Source: the human T2T-CHM13v2.0 reference genome, Homo sapiens
NCBI RefSeq assembly: GCF_009914755.1
Contig: NC_060928.1
Direction: 5' to 3' (one strand)
DNA length: 64,000 nt
How positions within the stretch are numbered: position 1 is the first letter of the stretch; each line of letters starts with the position of its first letter. Shown piece by piece: positions 1 to 16,965 of the stretch. The position numbers and the translations under genes were made by a program. The notes under the pieces are model-generated. The model made no database searches, had not been told where the DNA came from, and saw only the letters and a program-made list of their open reading frames with translations.

Positions 1-2122
1 ATGGTTGGTTTTCCATTCCTGAGTTACTTCACTTAAAATAATGGTCTCCAATTCTATCCAGGTTGCTGCAAATGCCATTATTGCATTCCTTTTTGTGGCT
101 GAGTAGTATTCCATTCAATTGATGGGTATTTGGGCTGGTTTCATATTTTTGTAATTGCAAATTGAGCTGCTATAAACATGTATGTGTGAGTATCTTTTTT
201 TTGTACAATGACTTCTTTTCCTCTGGGTAGATGCCTAGGAGTGGAATTGCTGGATTGAATAGTAGATTTATTTTTGGTTCTTTAAGGAATTTCCACACTG
301 TTTTCCATAGTGGTTTACTAGTTTACATTTCTACCAACAGTGTAAAAGTGTTCCCTTTTCACCATACCCACACCAACATCTATTATATTTTGATTTTTTT
401 TATTGTGGCCAGTCTTGCAAGAATAAGGTGGTATTGCATTTTAGTCTTGGTTTGCATTTCCCTGACCATTAGTGATGTTCAGCATTTTTTCATATGTTCA
501 TTGGCCATCTGTACATCATCTTTTGAGAATTTTCTATTCGTGTCCTTAATCCACTTTTTGATGGGATTGTTTGCGTTTTTGTTGCTGATTTGTCTGAGTT
601 CCTTGTAGATTCTGGATATTAGTCTTTTGTCAGATGTATAGATTGGTTTTTCTCCCACTCTGTGGATTGTCTGTTAACTCTGCTGATTATTTCTTTTGCT
701 GTGCAAAAGGCTTTTAGTTTAATTAAGTCCCATCTATTTATCTTTGTTTTTATTGCATTTGTTTTGGGGTTCTTGGTCATGAAGAGGTTTTCTGATGTTA
801 TCTTCTAGATTTTTTGTGGTTTCAGGTCTTAGACTTAAGTCTTTGCTCCAACTTGAATTGATTTTTGTATAGGGTGAGAGATGTGGATCCAGTTTTATTC
901 TTCTACACGTGGCTTGCCAATTAGCTCAGCACCATTTGTTGATCAGGGTGTCCTTTCCCCATTTTATGTGTTTGTTTGCTTTGCGGAAGATCAGTTGACT
1001 GTAAATATTTGGGTTTATTTATGGGTTCTCTTTTCTGTCCCATTGGTGTATGTGCCTATTTTTATACCAGTGCCATGCTGTTTCGGTGACTATGGCCTTA
1101 TAGTATAGTATGAATTCAGATAATGAAATACCTCCAGATTTTTTCTTTTTGCTTAGTCTTGCTTTGGCTATGTGGGCTCTTTTTGGTTCCATGTGATTTT
1201 TAGGATTTTTTTTTCTAGTTCTGTGAAGAATGATGGTGCTATTTTGATAGGAATTGCATTGAATTTTTAGATTGCTTTTGGCAGTAGAGTCATTTTCACA
1301 GTATTGATTCTGCCCATCTAATAGCATAGGATGTGTTTACATATGTTTGTGTTATCTATGACTACTTTCAGCAGTGTTTTGTAGTTTTCCTTGTAGAGGT
1401 CTTTCCCCTCCTTGGTTAAGTATATTCCTAAGTATTTTGTTTTATTTTTTGCAGCTATCATGAAAGGGCTTGAGTTCTTGACTTGATTCTCAGCTTGGTC
1501 GCTGTTGGTGTATAGCAGTGCTACTGATTTGTGCACATGAATTTTGTATCCCGAAATTTTGCTGAATAAATTTACCAGTTCTGGGAGCTTTTGGGATGAG
1601 TCTTTAGGGTTTTCTAGGTATACAATCTTGTCATCAGCAAACAACAACAGTTTGACTTCCTCTTTACCAATTTGGATGCCCTTTATTTCTTTCTCTTGTC
1701 TGATTGCTTTGGCTAGGACTTCCAGTACTGTGTTGAATAGAAGTGATGAAAGTGGGCATCTTTGTCTTGTTTCAGATCTCAGTGGGGATGCTTTCAACTT
1801 TTCCCCATTCAGTATAATGGCTGTGGGTTTGTCAGAGATGGCCTTTATTACCTAAGGTATTTCCGTTGTATGATGATTTTGCTGAGAGTTTTAGTCCTAA
1901 AGCTGATACTGGGTTTTATCAAATGCTTTTTCTGCATCTATTGAGATAATCGTGTGAGTTTTATTTTTAATTCTGTTTATGTGGTATATCACATTTATTG
2001 CCTTACATATGTTAAATCCCTGGTATGAAACCCACTTGATCCAGGTGGATTATCTTTTTGATATGCTGTTGGATTCAGTTAGCTACTATTTTGTTGAAGA
2101 TTTTTGCATCTATGTTCATCAC
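1..2122 (-). mobile_element. L1PB-like LINE-1, 3' part of ORF2 plus start of 3' UTR (continues beyond window start)
   Basis: Minus-strand ORF 1318-1797 reads as L1 RT ([19 protein letters not shown]...[15 protein letters not shown]). The 3' UTR motif ttccattcctgagttacttcactt is L1PB-type. Multiple frameshifts. Confidence 0.93.
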
Positions 2123-2699
2123 CGTTATTGGAGAACAGTATTATTTGATTGAATGGAGAGGGCCCTGGCATTATGGTCACTTTGCAATGTATGAGCAGCC
2201 TGCACAATAAATAAATGTTACATTCCTCATGACTTTAAAATGCTCCATAGGACGTATCTGTAGAAAAATTCCTGTTCATATTTATCTGAGCCTAGTAGTC
2301 AATCTTAACCAGGAACCTAATGCCATTTTACATATAAACTCAATGTATCCTTGCATGGATTTAATATTTATTTATTTATTTAATTTTACAGGAATGGCAG
2401 TGCCTTACAAATCAAGGGAAACACTTTTTTTTAATATCACTAACACTTATTCACCATTTTCGAAAACCACATTACTCTCGATAAGACATTTCCTCTTGTA
2501 AGTGTTTCACACTGTTAATCTCAACACTATCTTTCATAAGCAGTATTTTGTAGTAATTCCATTATTGTGAATTAGCATTTATAGGGAATATGACATATCT
2601 TCACACATAATATTAAATTTCAGCATAAGGTCTTTCAGTTTGCAACAAGTGTGATGTACTTAAAATTTTTAAAGGATAATATGGCTGAACAATAACAAT

Positions 2700-2962
2700 C
2701 AGTGAGATAGATAAATTATTTTGAAAAATGAAGCAGACGCTAGATTATTTAAGGCCTCCTGCACTATAGGTACGAGTTAGTGATTTTATTTTTAAATAAT
2801 ATAAAGCTATGGGAAAGTTATAAGTAGAAATGTGTCAATATTTATTTATTCAAAATATATTAAGTGACAACTACATGCCATATTTAGATCTAATGGGGGG
2901 GAAAAGCAGAAAAAAATTCTCTTCCATAAAGCATACATTTTAGCAGAGAAATACAAACAGCA
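2700..2962 (-). mobile_element. Degenerate L2 fragments
   Basis: tttattcaaaatatattaagtgacaactacatgcca and catacattttagcagagaaatacaaac resemble the antisense L2 3' region. Confidence 0.45.
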
Positions 2963-3128
2963 AATAATAAGCATGGCTTTCTGCATCTATTGAGATAATC
3001 ATGTGGTTTTTGTCATTGGTTCCGTTTATGTGATGGATTACATTTATTGATTTGTGTATGTTGAACCAGCCTTGTATCCCAGGGATGAAGCCCACTTGAT
3101 CATGGTGGATAAGCTTTTTGATGTGCTA

Positions 3129-3545
<417 letters not shown>

Positions 3546-3714
3546 TTATCTGAAGGTAATTTGTATTTTTGTGGGATTGTTGGTGATATCCCCTTTATCA
3601 TTTTTTATTGTGTCTATTTGATTCTTCTCTATTTTCTTCTATATTATTCTGGCTAGACATCTAACTATTTTGTTGATCTTTAAAAAAAAAACCAGCTCCT
3701 GGATTTATTGATTT

Positions 3715-4671
3715 TTAAAGGGTTTTTAGTATCTCTATCTCCTTCAGTTCTGCTCTGATCTTAGTTATTTCTTGTCTTCTGCTAGCTTTTGAATTTGTTT
3801 GTTCTTGCTTCTCTAGTTCTTTTAATTGTGATGTTAGGGTGTCAATTTTAGATCTTTCCTGCTTTCTCTTGTGGGCATTTAGTGCTATCAGTTTCCCTCT
3901 ACACACTGTTTTAAATATGTCCCAGAGATTCTGGTATGTTGTCTCTTTGTTCTCATTGGTTTCAAAGAACATCTTTATTTCTGCCTTAATTTTGTTATTT
4001 ACCCAGTAGTCATTCAGGAGCAGCTTGTTCAGTTTCCATGCAGTTGTGCAGTTTTGAGTGAGTTTCTTTATCCTGAGTTCCAATTTGATTGCACTGTGGT
4101 CTGAGAGACTGTTTGTTATGATTTCTGTTCTTTTACATTTGCTGAGGAGTGTTTTACTTCCAATTATGTGGTCAATTTTAGAATAAGTGCAATGTGGTGC
4201 TGAGAAGAATGCATAGTCTGTTGATTTGGGGTGGAGAGTTCTGCCGATGTTTATTAGGTCCACTTGATCCAGAGCTGAGTTCAAGTCCTCGATATCCTTG
4301 TTAATTTTCTGTCTCATTGTTCTGTCTAATACTGACAGTGGGGTGTTAAAGTCTCCCACTATTATTGTGTGGGAGTCTAAGTCTCTTTGTAGGTCTCTAA
4401 GAACTTGCTTTATGAATCTGGGTGCTCCTGTATTGGGCGCATATACATTTAGGCTAGTAAGCTCTTCTTGTTGCATTGATCCACTTATTATGTAATGCCA
4501 TTCTTTGTCTCTTTTGATCTTTGTTGGTTTAAAGTCTATTTTATCGGAGACTAGGATTGCAACCCTTGCTTTTTTTTGCTTTCCATTTGCTTGGTAAATA
4601 TTCCTCCATCCCTTTATTTTGAGCCTATGTGTGTCTTTGCACATGAGATGGGTCTCCTGAATGCAGCACAC
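3715..4671 (-). pseudogene. L1 ORF2 endonuclease-domain remnant (318 aa open frame, N-terminus frameshifted off)
   Basis: Motifs [36 protein letters not shown] of the APE-like L1 endonuclease. Confidence 0.9.
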
Positions 4672-5316
4672 TGATGGGTCTTTGACTCTTTATGCAATAT
4701 GCCCCTCGTGTCTTTTAATTGGGGCAGTTAGCCTGTTTACATTTAAGGTTAATATTATTATGTGTGAATTTGCTCCTGCCATTATGATGCTAGTTGGATA
4801 TTTTGCCTGTTAATTGATACAGTTTCTTCATAGTGTCAATGGTCTTTACAATTGCTATGTTTTTACAGTGGCTGGTACTGGTTGTTCCTTTCCATATTTC
4901 ATACTTCCTTAAGGAGCTCTTGTAAGGCAGGCCTGGTGGTGACAAAATCTCTCCACATTTGCTTGTCTGTAATGAATTTTATTTCTCCTTTGCTTATGAA
5001 GCTTAGTTTGGCTGGATATGAAATTCTGGATTGAAAATTCTTTTCTTTAAGAATGTTGAATATTGACCCCCACTCTCTTCTGGCTTTTAGGTTTCCTGCC
5101 AAGAGATTTGTTGGCAGTCTGTGTGTAGCCTGATCTTTCTCTCTGGCTGCCCTTAACATTTTTCCTTCATTTCAACCTTGGTGAATCTGACGATTATGTG
5201 TCTTGGGGTTGTTCTTCTCGAGGAGTATCTTTGTGGTGTTCTTTGTATTTTCTGAATTTGAATGTTGGCCTGCCTTGCTACGTTGGGGAATTTCTCCTGC
5301 ATCATATCCTGAATAG

Positions 5317-5728
<412 letters not shown>

Positions 5729-6053
5729 GATTTGATCTTTCCACATAGTCCCATATTTCTTGGAGGCTTTGTTCATTTCTGTTCTCTCTTTTTTCTCTAA
5801 TCTTGTCTTCTTGCCTTATATCATTAGTTGATATTCAATCTCTGATATCCTTTCTTCTACTTGATCAATTCAGCTATTGATACTTGTGTATGCTTCACGA
5901 AGTTCTCATGCTGTATTTTTCATCTTCATCAGGTCATTTATGTTCTTCTCTAAACTGGTTATTCTAGATAGCATTTCATCTAACCTTTTTTCAAGGTTCT
6001 TACCTTCCTTGCATTGGGTTAGAACATGCTTGTGTCGCTTGGAGGAGTTTGTT

Positions 6054-8260
<2,207 letters not shown>

Positions 8261-8514
8261 AATAATAAGCATGACTTTCTCTACTAAAGTGTAAGCTTCA
8301 TGAGGAATGTCATTTGTTTCTTTTCTTTTTTTATATAAGAACATGTATTTGTGACAGTCAATTCCTTGCATTGTTCAGATCTATTCATGTTGTACATTAA
8401 ACCTATTTTGTTACTGACACTTCAAGATTATGGCTGGTCCAAATCTGTATAAAAAGAAAACAAAAGACATATGACAGGAAGATTAGTCAGTAAAGGTATA
8501 GTCTTATTATGGTA

Positions 8515-8955
8515 ACTGGTTCTGAGGCCATAATTGACACTTATTACCCAACTCCCTTTACCATAGGATCAGATTTCCCACTCAGCCAGCCCTTCAACTA
8601 GGCTAGGTTGCTTATAATGTGGTAAACCATATCTTCATCCCTGAAGGTCTGAGCCCTTGCTTGCCTTGCCCTTATTGGGCCATGATTTCTATAATAGTCC
8701 TTCCTGTTAATCACTGGGCACAAAAGCAACAAGAGAGGATCCAGTGAATCTCCACAGTCTAGACACACTCTTCTCTGCAATCATCATACAGCAGCAATCT
8801 TAGCTTTCTGCGATTATGAGGCTCAATCATAGGTGCTGAGGAATCCAGTATAACAAGGCAATGCATGGAGATTTAGGTTCAGAGGAATCTTACTATGATT
8901 TTTGGTGGGAGAGTCTTCCACTTTCCTTCAAGAACCAGTAAAACCTTGAGGGAAA
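8515..8955 (-). mobile_element. ERVL/MaLR-class internal fragment (dUTPase-like region)
   Basis: Minus translation CLDCGDSLDPLLLLLCPVIN resembles recalled HERV-L (WNTGDPLGRLLVLPCPVIKVNG). Upstream LKVLLVLEG..LPPK resembles LEVLVPEGGMLPPG. Confidence 0.6.
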
Positions 8956-10059
8956 ATCATTCTAGCTACTACATCATGTATTAATATCTTGATCTTAATC
9001 TCAAAGTCCTTTGGGAGAAAGTTAATTTCAATTTTCATAAACAATAAACTCTATAATACTGTCCAAGTTATAAGGTTGCACTAGTACTTCATGATATTCA
9101 TTGTTAAATATTGCTTGACTAATATAAGTTCTTAACTGCAGCTCCACTAAAGTATTATTTTCATTAGTATATGTTGCAGTATGTTTTTATGTATTCTTTA
9201 AAGATATTAATATATAAACGTCTACTAAACTTTATTTGAAAGGATAATTTTTATTGTTTACCAACATTTATCTAAACTTTGAATGGTTTTATTCATATTA
9301 GTGTCCTTAAGTGTTTAAAAATTAAAAATTATATTTACTGTGATTTGAATAGCACTATACATAGTAAAATCATATGCAGAATTACTCATTTTGTATATTC
9401 AGCAAAGATGTATCTTTTGTGGATTCAGGTGCTGAAAATACAAACAGAAATTAGAGATAATTAAGATATGATAAAGCTAGTCTTTTCTAAATTTCCTATG
9501 ACAGAATATATAAAGTTTAGGGATATTTATTTTTTAAATCAGGAGATACGAAGATCTGTCAGAATAGAATGGTTACAGCATGAAATGAGTAAAGATTAGA
9601 GCCATGCAAAATTTTGGTAATGAGAACTGAAACCTGGCTCGTTTCCATTTTTATTAGAAATCAGAACTTATCTTATGCTCACTTAGAAGTTTATTGCCTT
9701 TCCAGAAAAATCTAATCTACATTTTTAGATCATTTTCTACCCTCTCCATTCATACTCACTAAGATCTAATGGGATGTTGGCTCAATAAAATGATATTTTC
9801 CCATTTTCATGCAATTAACATTCTTGATTGAGCACATAGGTTATGGGCTTAAGGGCTTTAAAATACATAGAAGAAGATATTGGGCGGGCACATTCACTCT
9901 CCACTGATGTGAGAGTATGAGGTTTAAAGTTTGGGGGGAAATATGTATCTGTAACATTTAGAACCTTGTCAGAGAAACAAACAAAGAAACAAAAAAGAGG
10001 ACACTATAGCATCTAATTAATTTATCAATTCGACAGTGTTACATAAGTGGGGCTCCTTC

Positions 10060-10528
10060 TGTTACCAAGCAATAAATGGGCTTGTTGCCCAATGTGTATA
10101 GAAGACAATACAATGCCACTGGCTTTTGAGAAAACAAATAGCTTTATTTCAAATCAACTGGCAAAGAGACAGGAGAAAACACTCAAATCTGTTTTCCAGA
10201 CCTGGAGTCTGGGGCAGGTTTTATACACAGAGGATGATGAAGCATGATCTGATTGGATATTTTCATGAGGAGTTGCCAGGAGACATGATCTGCCTGGATC
10301 CTTTCATGGGATGATGCCAGCTGGATCCTGCCATTTGGTGTTCACTTTTTAATTTAGTCCCAGTTTCTTGGTCCAAGGATTTAGGTTCCACCTGTGGATG
10401 CACACTTGGTTCACCTGGGAATGCTTACGAGGTTATGTAACCTTCAACCTGGGGGTCCATGGCAACTGAAAATCAACTCACAGTTTTGTTCCATAAAAGT
10501 TGAGCCAGATTGGTTTGGTGCGGTTACA
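10060..10528 (-). mobile_element. Solo LTR, LTR47/MER72-like
   Basis: Minus strand begins TGTAACCGCACCAAACCAATCTGG and ends TGGTAACA (TG...CA), with AATAAA on the minus strand near 10143. No clean TSD seen. Confidence 0.7.
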
Positions 10529-11419
10529 TATCTTTCTCTTTCTCACAGTCTAGAGTTTGTAACAAGACTTTGTCCATAATTTTCATTGTTAAAATGTAAA
10601 TTTTTTTTGAGAAAAGTTAGTTGACAAACTTCAATATCCTTTGCATTGTCCCTAATAACACTGTAAGTCTTATATAGCACCAAGTAACCCTAAATCCCAT
10701 GCCTTCTCCCCGTGTTTGACTAGTTCTAGTACTTTAACAGAACAAAAATGTACAAACCTCTGTTGCTAAACAGCCTATTACCTATCTGAAAAAAATCCTG
10801 CTTACTCTATACTTTAAGGCCAATTTCGATTTTATCTTCCTAGCTAGCACAATATTTTACATCTTAATGTAAGGCACAATTTTTCCCAAATTATTATGTT
10901 ACAAAATCTTGTGATACTAAAATCCTCACAAAGTCTTTAGTATTACAGGGCATGCTCTTATTTACTTTATCTTAAAAATAAAGCCTTATTTGCTGAAGAC
11001 AACTTAGTTGAAAAGTTGAACAATTAATGAGTGTCAGATGCTTATAGAACCCTCCTGCCTCCATACCCTATGAAATACATGACAAAAAGGAAGCCATGAA
11101 ATTTAATATAAATTTAGTTGTTTTTCCTTTTATCTTAAGATATGATCTAAAATTACAAGAGTTGGATACCTTTTTTAAAAAACCATGAAATAAATGATGC
11201 AATAAGTGATATGGTTGGATAAATCATAAGTATATACCTATAGAAAAATTAAAAAGCAAACTTCCACAAAGCCATGAAAATGGTTACCTGTGGCCTATGA
11301 TAAAGTTTTCAGCAATGAAAGTTCAGACAAATTCAAAGATTGTCGAAGCAAATTAGAAGCAAAAGCAAAGTGTTCTGAATAATCTATTAGATGAGATGCC
11401 AAACATAACTTTGGTGATG

Positions 11420-11830
11420 GCTATGGTTTGAATATTTTTGTCCCTTCCAAAAACTCATATTAAAACTTAATCCTAAAAGCAACACTTTGGGATGTGGAAG
11501 TTTTGGAGAGGTGTTTAGGTCATAAGGGCTCCACCTGCATGAATGGATGAATGCCTTAATGCTACCGTAAAAGAGCTTGACCAAGGGAGTTCATTCTCTG
11601 TTTCCCCTCTGCCTTCTATTACATGAGGGCACAGTGTTCCTATCCGTCGTAGGATGCAGTGCTCAAGGTGCCATCTTGGAAGTAGAGATGGTGCCTTAAC
11701 TGGACACCAAAATTGGCAGTGCCATGATCTTGGACTCTCAGCCTCAAGAACTGTGAGAAGATAAATTTCTGTTCTTTGTAAGTTACCCAGTATTAAGTAT
11801 TTGGTTATAGAACCATAACACCTACTACCA
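11420..11830 (+). mobile_element. MST-family (MSTC/MSTD-like) MaLR solo LTR
   Basis: gctatggtttgaat...cccttccaaaactcatatt start, then gatcttggactctcagcctcaagaactgtgagaagataaatttctgttctttgtaagttacccagt. Confidence 0.85.
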
Positions 11831-12399
11831 CAGAGATTTTTTAAAAGATACTAATATTGGAGATAATTGTGAATGGGTGAATAAGCTTGTTTCATAAAAT
11901 ATAAGTGGAAAAGGCAATATTTGTAAATAAACATTATTTTTGTAGTTTATGAGTCTTTAAGTCTCTCTCTCTATGTAAACAGCTCTAAAAATTGATAAAG
12001 TTGTGCCTTAAAAATTGTGTTTAGATTTTCTCAATGGTCATTTGGGAGGAGATCACCTGATGGATGTGATAGCAAATACTATTATTTGCCTGCATACTAA
12101 TAATGAACATTGTGGCTACCTATAAGAATTATTATTATTTATGTATATACAAAAAATATACAAAACTGTTATTTTTGAAAATGCTATTAAATGCTTGATA
12201 TTTGTCCCTATTGTTGGCAAATGCTATGCGATCAGACATCATGTCCTGTGTGGTGCTGTCTGTGTACCAGGAAATTTGCTAAGTACTGGGGACATAGTAC
12301 TAAATTGCCCTATTGAAGTTCAAAGTACAGCGTTCAATTATAAATTCTTATATAGAACTCTCTCTTTACTTCTAATAAATATTAATAGAATTATATTAT

Positions 12400-12560
12400 A
12401 GATGACTCCTTCATAGGTCTCCTGTTTCCTCCTACCCCCAAAATTGTGAATTTCTTGAAAACAGAGATCATGTCTGATATTTCACATATACCATAGTGCC
12501 TGACACACAGCTGATATTTAAAAACAAACAAACAAAAATGATTTTCTGAATTAAGGAATA
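12400..12560 (+). mobile_element. L2 3' end fragment
   Basis: attgtgaatttcttgaaaacagagatcatgtc...atagtgcctgacacacag. Confidence 0.6.
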
Positions 12561-12879
12561 GTAATATTAAAACTATTTCAAAAATATATATAATTCAAAA
12601 AATTAAGCCCCACTTATAAAATGCATTACTTGAAGACAGAATTTGGAGCAATGAATGTTAGACTTGGGAAGAAAAAATAGCATATTTTACAAAATTTGAC
12701 CACAATATGTTCTTCTAAGGAAAGAGAGCCCTAGAACAATATTAAATAAAAATCCAGAAACTGTAACCCCATTTTAAATAACAACCTTATTTTTCCCAGG
12801 TTCAGAGACTATGTCTTTATGAATGCCTTCCAATAGCCATCTATCATACCACTCAAAGATAATAAAAAATTCTGATGAA

Positions 12880-13330
12880 AGATTATACAATGTTTGACCT
12901 ATCAAATTATCAAAGATTCATAATGATATTATATAAGCTTGGCAAGTGTACTCTTTATGATTGGCACCTTCTTCCCTCCTAGTAGCTGTGTAAATTTTCA
13001 CAGAGCTTTTGGAAAGCAATTTGGCAGTATATGCTAACTTTTAAAATCTTCATCTATTTTGACTCACAAATTTCAATCTTAGGAAAAACATACTGAATTA
13101 GTATTTAGAGATATAGTCCAAACAGCTTATACATTTATATTATTTCTATTAATTGCAAAACTAGATTTCGTATGCAAATACAGGAGAGTATGTAAACACG
13201 TTTCAGTAAATCCATTTGAATTTCGTACAGATATTAAAAACATTTTAGAGAATTTTTAAACATGTAAAAGTTTTATTGCATAATGTTAAGTGAAAATAAT
13301 CAGGGTATAAACCTAAGAATGGTATGACTG
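12880..13330 (+). mobile_element. Old L1ME-like 3' fragment
   Basis: ttttggaaagcaatttggcagtat; tttgactcacaaatttcaatcttagga; taatgttaagtgaaaa. Confidence 0.6.
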
Positions 13331-14257
13331 CACATAAATTCTACAAACACTAGTCTAGAAAAGAGCACAAAAATAATTTACAGTTTGATGATGTCACTTT
13401 TGCTAGATATGGTTCTAATTTTTAAGATACAGTTCATAATCTGTATTCAACCTGGCCTTTAAATGAAATGGCAGCAGCCCATAAATTTAATATGTATAGC
13501 TACTCAGACATTTACAGAAAATATAACTCTTTTATTTGTTGTCAATAACTAATCTGGTTTTCGTTCCAATCCTCCCCCCAGATTACTGGTTAGCAGGGGA
13601 GATAATTAAACTAAGTATCTAACCTGCAGCTGCTGATTTAAACAAGCCTTCAGGTCTCAGATTTATGTCTTTGTAACTTCTTACCCTAAAAGATATCTTG
13701 CTGATTGAAATGAGAGAAACTCTTATGTGAATTTGTGGCACAGGGTAGAAGTGTCTCTTTCCCAAAGACAGCATGCTTTTCTTTAGGTATATGTCGGCAG
13801 GAGGCAAAGGACCCTCCTCACTGGAGAGACAGTCTGCTCTATTGCCATTTGTTATTGAAGCCTGTAACTCTATACCTTGTGTGCTGATTTCCCTTGGCTT
13901 GAATCATGCTTTCTCTGGCCCTCCTTAGCGTCATGTTGATACCAGGTAGCCCTGTAGATCTCTTTCTGATCAAAAGACTTGTATCCCTTGGCTCCCATTT
14001 TTTCCCTTGGCTTTTGTAGTCCTTTAAGCGGCCCCTTTTATACAGATACACGTCATTCCATTATTGCACATTTGACAAGCATACCAGACTCTGAGCTGTC
14101 TCTGGGTCTTATATATGACACGTAGTCATATATCATAGTAAATTAGGAGAGCTAATTTCAGTGCTTTTTTCTCCTTGACCTCACTCTTATGCCAAGTTTA
14201 TTTTAATATGCAACCACCCAGGCCCATATTTCCTCTGAACTATCAAGAGGTAGGTAG

Positions 14258-14675
<418 letters not shown>

Positions 14676-14739
14676 TAAACCCACAAAACTTGTGGTTGGT
14701 ATGCTAATGAATATTGTTAAAATGAATTTACAGTGTTGT

Positions 14740-14910
14740 TGATAAAAACAATCATGGTTGCTTCTGGTAGAGGAAAAATATTGACCGGAAAGTTGCAGAA
14801 AGGATTTTTTAATATAAATATTTAGAATAAATATTATATATTTTGATTGGAGTGATGGACAGCATATATATGTTTGTCAAAATTTATCAAACTGTGCACT
14901 TAAAAAGTTA
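14740..14910 (+). mobile_element. L1ME/L1MD-like 3' terminal fragment
   Basis: atatatgtttgtcaaaatttatcaaactgtgcacttaaaa. Confidence 0.6.
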
Positions 14911-15024
14911 TATCAAAATAAGAGTACACATGAGAAAGAGAATTCAAAATCCTCTAAGGAAAGAGTCACCTTTCCTTATGGCGTTGTCTTGCTGAATAAT
15001 TTTATGTTGCATGTGAAAGGCCAA

Positions 15025-15305
15025 ACAATTTAATGGCATTAATTACATTCACAGTGTTGCGTAATCATCACCACTATTTTCAAATCATTTTTACCACTCC
15101 AGACAGAAAATCTATATTCATTAATCAGTAACTTCTCTTTCACATGTCCCCTCAATCTCTGGTAACCTCTGATCTACTCTCTATCCCTAAAAATTTTCCT
15201 ATTTAGATATTTTATATAAGTGGAATTATACAATAGTAATCTTTTTTCAATTAGTAGAAGGTTTTCAAGGCTTATTCTTGTTGTAGCCTTTATCAGAACT
15301 TCAAC
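15025..15305 (-). mobile_element. L1MB-like 3' UTR fragment
   Basis: tacattcacagtgttgcgtaatcatcaccactat...tggtaacctctgatctactctctatc...tataagtggaattatacaata. Confidence 0.7.
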
Positions 15306-15686
15306 TTTTTTATTGTTATTATTTTAGGGTATTTCTATATTCAGAGCAAAATTGAATGAAAATACGGAGATTTTCAATATACAACTCCCCACTATACTAC
15401 ATACCCACAGCCTCCCTCACTATCAACATCCTGTATCACAGGGGTACATTTGTTACAATTGATAAACTTACATTAACATATCACTATCACTCTAAGTCCA
15501 TAGCATATACTGTATTAGGGGCCACTCTTGGTGTTGTACATTATATGGGTTGAACAATTGTATAATGGCATGTACCCACCACTGTAGTATCACAAAGAAT
15601 AATTTCACTACCCTAAAAATTCTCTGAACTCTATTTATCCTTCTCCCCCTCAACCCTGGAAACAGCTGATCTTTTTATGGAATACA

Positions 15687-15724
15687 TTTTTAATTGACAT
15701 GTAATAACTGTACAAATTTATGGG
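15687..15724 (-). mobile_element. ~40-bp L1MA-type 3' terminus inserted in L1MC1
   Basis: tttttaattgacatgtaataactgtacaaatttatggg interrupts the host motif gatcttttta|ctgtctc. Confidence 0.5.
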
Positions 15725-15874
15725 AAATAACTGTCTCAATAGTTTTGCCTTTTCAGAATATTATGTAGTTGGAATCATATACTATGTAACCTTTTGAGAC
15801 TGCCTCTTTTAACATAGTCATAAAAATTAAAGGCTCCTGCATGTATTTTCATGGCTTGACACCACATTTTTTTT

Positions 15875-16346
15875 CTGATTTCAATTCCTGTCTTTATTTC
15901 TTTTAAAGCTTTTATTTTAAGTTTGAAGTACAAGTGCAGGTTTGTTACATTGGAAAACTTGTGTCATAGGGGGTTTTTGTACAAATTGTTTCATCACCCA
16001 GGTATTAAGCCTAGTGCTAATTAGTTATTTTTTTTGATTTTCTCCCTCCTTCCACCCTCCACCCTCTGATAGGCCCCAGTGTGTGTTATTCCCCTCTATG
16101 TGCCCAGGTGTTGTCATCATTTAGCTCCCACTCATAAGTGAGAACATGTAGTATTTGTTTTTCTGTTCCTGAATTAGCCCGTTAAGAGTAATGGCATCCA
16201 GCTCCATCCATGTCTGCAAAGGACATGATCTCATTCTTTTTTATGGCTGCATAATATTCCATGATGTATATGGGCCACATTTTCTTTATCTGATCTATCA
16301 CTGATGGGCATTTAAGTTGATTCCATGTCTTTGCTCTTGTAAATAG
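15875..16346 (-). mobile_element. 5'-truncated L1PA13-like element nested in L1MC1
   Basis: gtacaagtgcaggtttgttacatt...catcacccaggtattaagcctagt...ccaccctctgataggccccagtgtg. Degenerate TSD gacaccacattt / gatagcacgttt. Confidence 0.85.
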
Positions 16347-16965
16347 GATAGCACGTTTCTTTTTATTGCTGAACAATATTTTATGTCATGGATGTACCAC
16401 AGTTCACTTCTACATTTACCTACTGACAAATATCTTGGTTACTCCAATTTTGACAGTTACAAATGAGGCTGCTATAAACATTTGTATGCAGGTTTTTGTG
16501 TGAGCATAAGTTTTCAATTCATCTGAATAGCAAATAATATAATTGGCAGATTATATGGTAAGTATATGTTTAGTTTTGTTAGGAAACTGCCAAACCATTC
16601 TTTAAAATAGCTGTGCCTTTCTGTATCACTACCAGCAATAAATGATTATTTCTGTTGCTCCTCATCCTCACTAGCATATGTTGTTATCAGTGTTTTGGAT
16701 TTTGATCATTTTAATAGGTGTGTTGTGGTATCTTATTATTTCAGTTTGTAATTCTCTAATGACATGTGATGCCGAGCATCTTTTCATATGGTTGTTTGAT
16801 ATCTGTAAATATTTTTTTGTTGAAGCTTCTATTCAAGCCCTTCATCCATGTTAAAATCAGGTTATTTGTTTTCATATTTTTGAGTTTCCAGAGTACTTTG
16901 TATATTTTGGGTAACAATATTTTGTAATATATACCTTTTATAAACATATTCTCCAAGTCTCTACT

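Larger units (their letters stand above)
15306..16965 (-). mobile_element. L1MC1-like 3' portion, interrupted by a tiny L1MA tail and an L1PA13-like insert
   Basis: acagcctccctcactatcaacatcc...ggtacatttgttacaattgat is the reverse complement of the L1MC1-type end at 62600-62780. Sequence resumes at 16347. Confidence 0.8.

Noticed and set aside
13540-14100. Unique, slightly GC-richer segment with possible splice signals
   Set aside because: The donor candidates are weak, there is no convincing open frame, and no family is recognised
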